Assembly (NCBI GenBank): GCA_903918675.1
Contig: CAIXFE010000093.1
Span: 1 to 59,330 of the forward strand
Reading direction: 5' to 3'
Origin: an uncultured bacterium
GTDB taxonomy: Bacteria > Patescibacteriota > Gracilibacteria > Absconditabacterales > Absconditicoccaceae
DNA length: 59,330 bases
The notes beneath the pieces are model-generated. The model made no database searches and was not told the origin of the DNA. It worked only from the letters and a program-made list of their open reading frames with translations. A program made the position numbers and the translations under genes. Position 1 is the stretch's first letter. Each line of letters starts with the position of its first letter. Shown here in pieces: positions 58,147 to 59,330 of the stretch.

Positions 58147-59330
58147 ATGACTAACCGACCCACAAAAACTCTTTGAGAGATTATCCTGGTTATTAGAAAT
58201 TGAAAAAGTTGCAAACAAACCAAAGATAATATCTGAGATAAAATCACAAGGATAGAAACTATCTCAAATTGAACGATAAACGAAAAAAAAGTTTGATTTT
58301 TCGAATTATCAGAAGATGAAAAAGAAAAATTCTCTATAAAGAAATGAGATATCCTCTTTAGTCATATTAACAGCGTTGAACATATTGGCAAGGTTGCATT
58401 GGCAGAGAAAGATTATTCTGATCTATTCCATTGAATGAATCTACTCTTAATAAGAGCAGACAAAAAAATAATAGATCCGGAATTTCTATGTGTAGTTCTA
58501 AATAAATTTTTTGAATTCTGATACTGGAGAAACATATGCAAGAAAGCTATAAATCAAGCAAGCTTAAATCAACCAAATATTACAGAAATTCAGATCCCTC
58601 TCCCACCTCTCGCCACCCAAAAAGCCATCGTCGCCAAGCTAGACGAGACCTTCGCTCAGATAGATGAAGCGATAGCTACTACGCAAGCTAATATCGAGAG
58701 AACAAATGAACTGACGAAGTCGGTACTAGATAAGGTGTTTGAAGAAGGGGAGTGGGAGAGAGTGAAATTCTGAGAGATATGTAATTTTGTTAGATGACCA
58801 TTTGGCTGAAGTCTCAAAAAGGAAATATTTAAATCGTCTGGATATGCTGTTTATGAGCAGCAGCATGCTATATGAGATCAATTTAATGAAATTAGATATT
58901 TTATTGATGAAGAAAAGTTTAATGAGATGAAAAGATTTGAACTTAAAGAGTGAGACTTGATTATGAGTTGTTCGTGAACAATGTGAAAAATAGCAATCGT
59001 GCCAAACGGCATTAAAAAATGAATTATTAATCAGGCACTGTTAAAACTTACGCCATCTGCAAATATATATAACTACTTTCTGAAATTATGGATGCAAAGT
59101 AGTGATTTTCAAAAGAATTTACAGGAATATTCTCAAGGTGCCGCGATACAAAATGTAGCATCTGTATCCATTCTAAAAAATATCAAAGCCCCAGTTCCAT
59201 CACTGCTCGAACAAAAAGAAGTTTCTACTTATCTCGACCAAGTCTTCGCTCAATCTTCCCAGCTTAAGTCTCAGTATCAAGCTAAACTGGTTGAGCTTAA
59301 AGAACTGAAGGCGAGCGTTTTGCAAGGGGC
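58147..59330 (+). CDS. hsdS: type I restriction-modification specificity subunit S (3' end beyond window)
   Basis: Two target-recognition halves separated by the conserved IPLPPLATQKAIVAKLDETFAQIDEAI helix. Second conserved helix begins LLEQKEVSTYLDQVFAQ. Confidence 0.85.

Overview
AT-rich, gene-dense 59.3-kb chromosomal segment that looks like a CPR bacterium of the Absconditabacteria (SR1) / Gracilibacteria type. The supplied standard-code ORF track is fragmented because TGA is a sense codon (Gly, translation table 25). After joining same-frame pieces I get about 62 genes, all ending in TAA or TAG. In addition, CGA and CGG codons sit at invariant Trp positions (NusG, MetAP, SOD, MutY-like, HsdR), which suggests an Arg->Trp sense-codon reassignment on top of table 25. 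Gene content is mostly housekeeping: hup, an ECF-type sigma factor, rpoD, gyrB, ruvA, ruvC, lepA, rsmI, dut, map, secE-nusG-rplK-rplA, ftsX, htrA, and a complete F1Fo ATP synthase operon with atpC displaced between atpA and atpG. There is also a bacterial Elp3 homologue and many hypothetical, TPR-like and lipoprotein genes. The 3' end holds a defence-like cluster: an orphan MazF/PemK-fold toxin with an N-terminal extension, a 540-nt non-coding tract with three 40-nt hairpin repeats, and a type I R-M locus arranged hsdR - two unknown genes - hsdS. I saw no rRNA, tRNA, CRISPR array, transposase or integrase. The most unusual sequence-level feature is a pervasive family of 'word-array + GC-hairpin' palindromic elements at nearly all gene boundaries. 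Some are inserted in frame inside conserved genes (elp3, lepA, mutY-like), and one pair encloses a four-helix-bundle (23S-IVS/Avd-like) gene. All product calls rest on by-eye motif recognition, not database searches.
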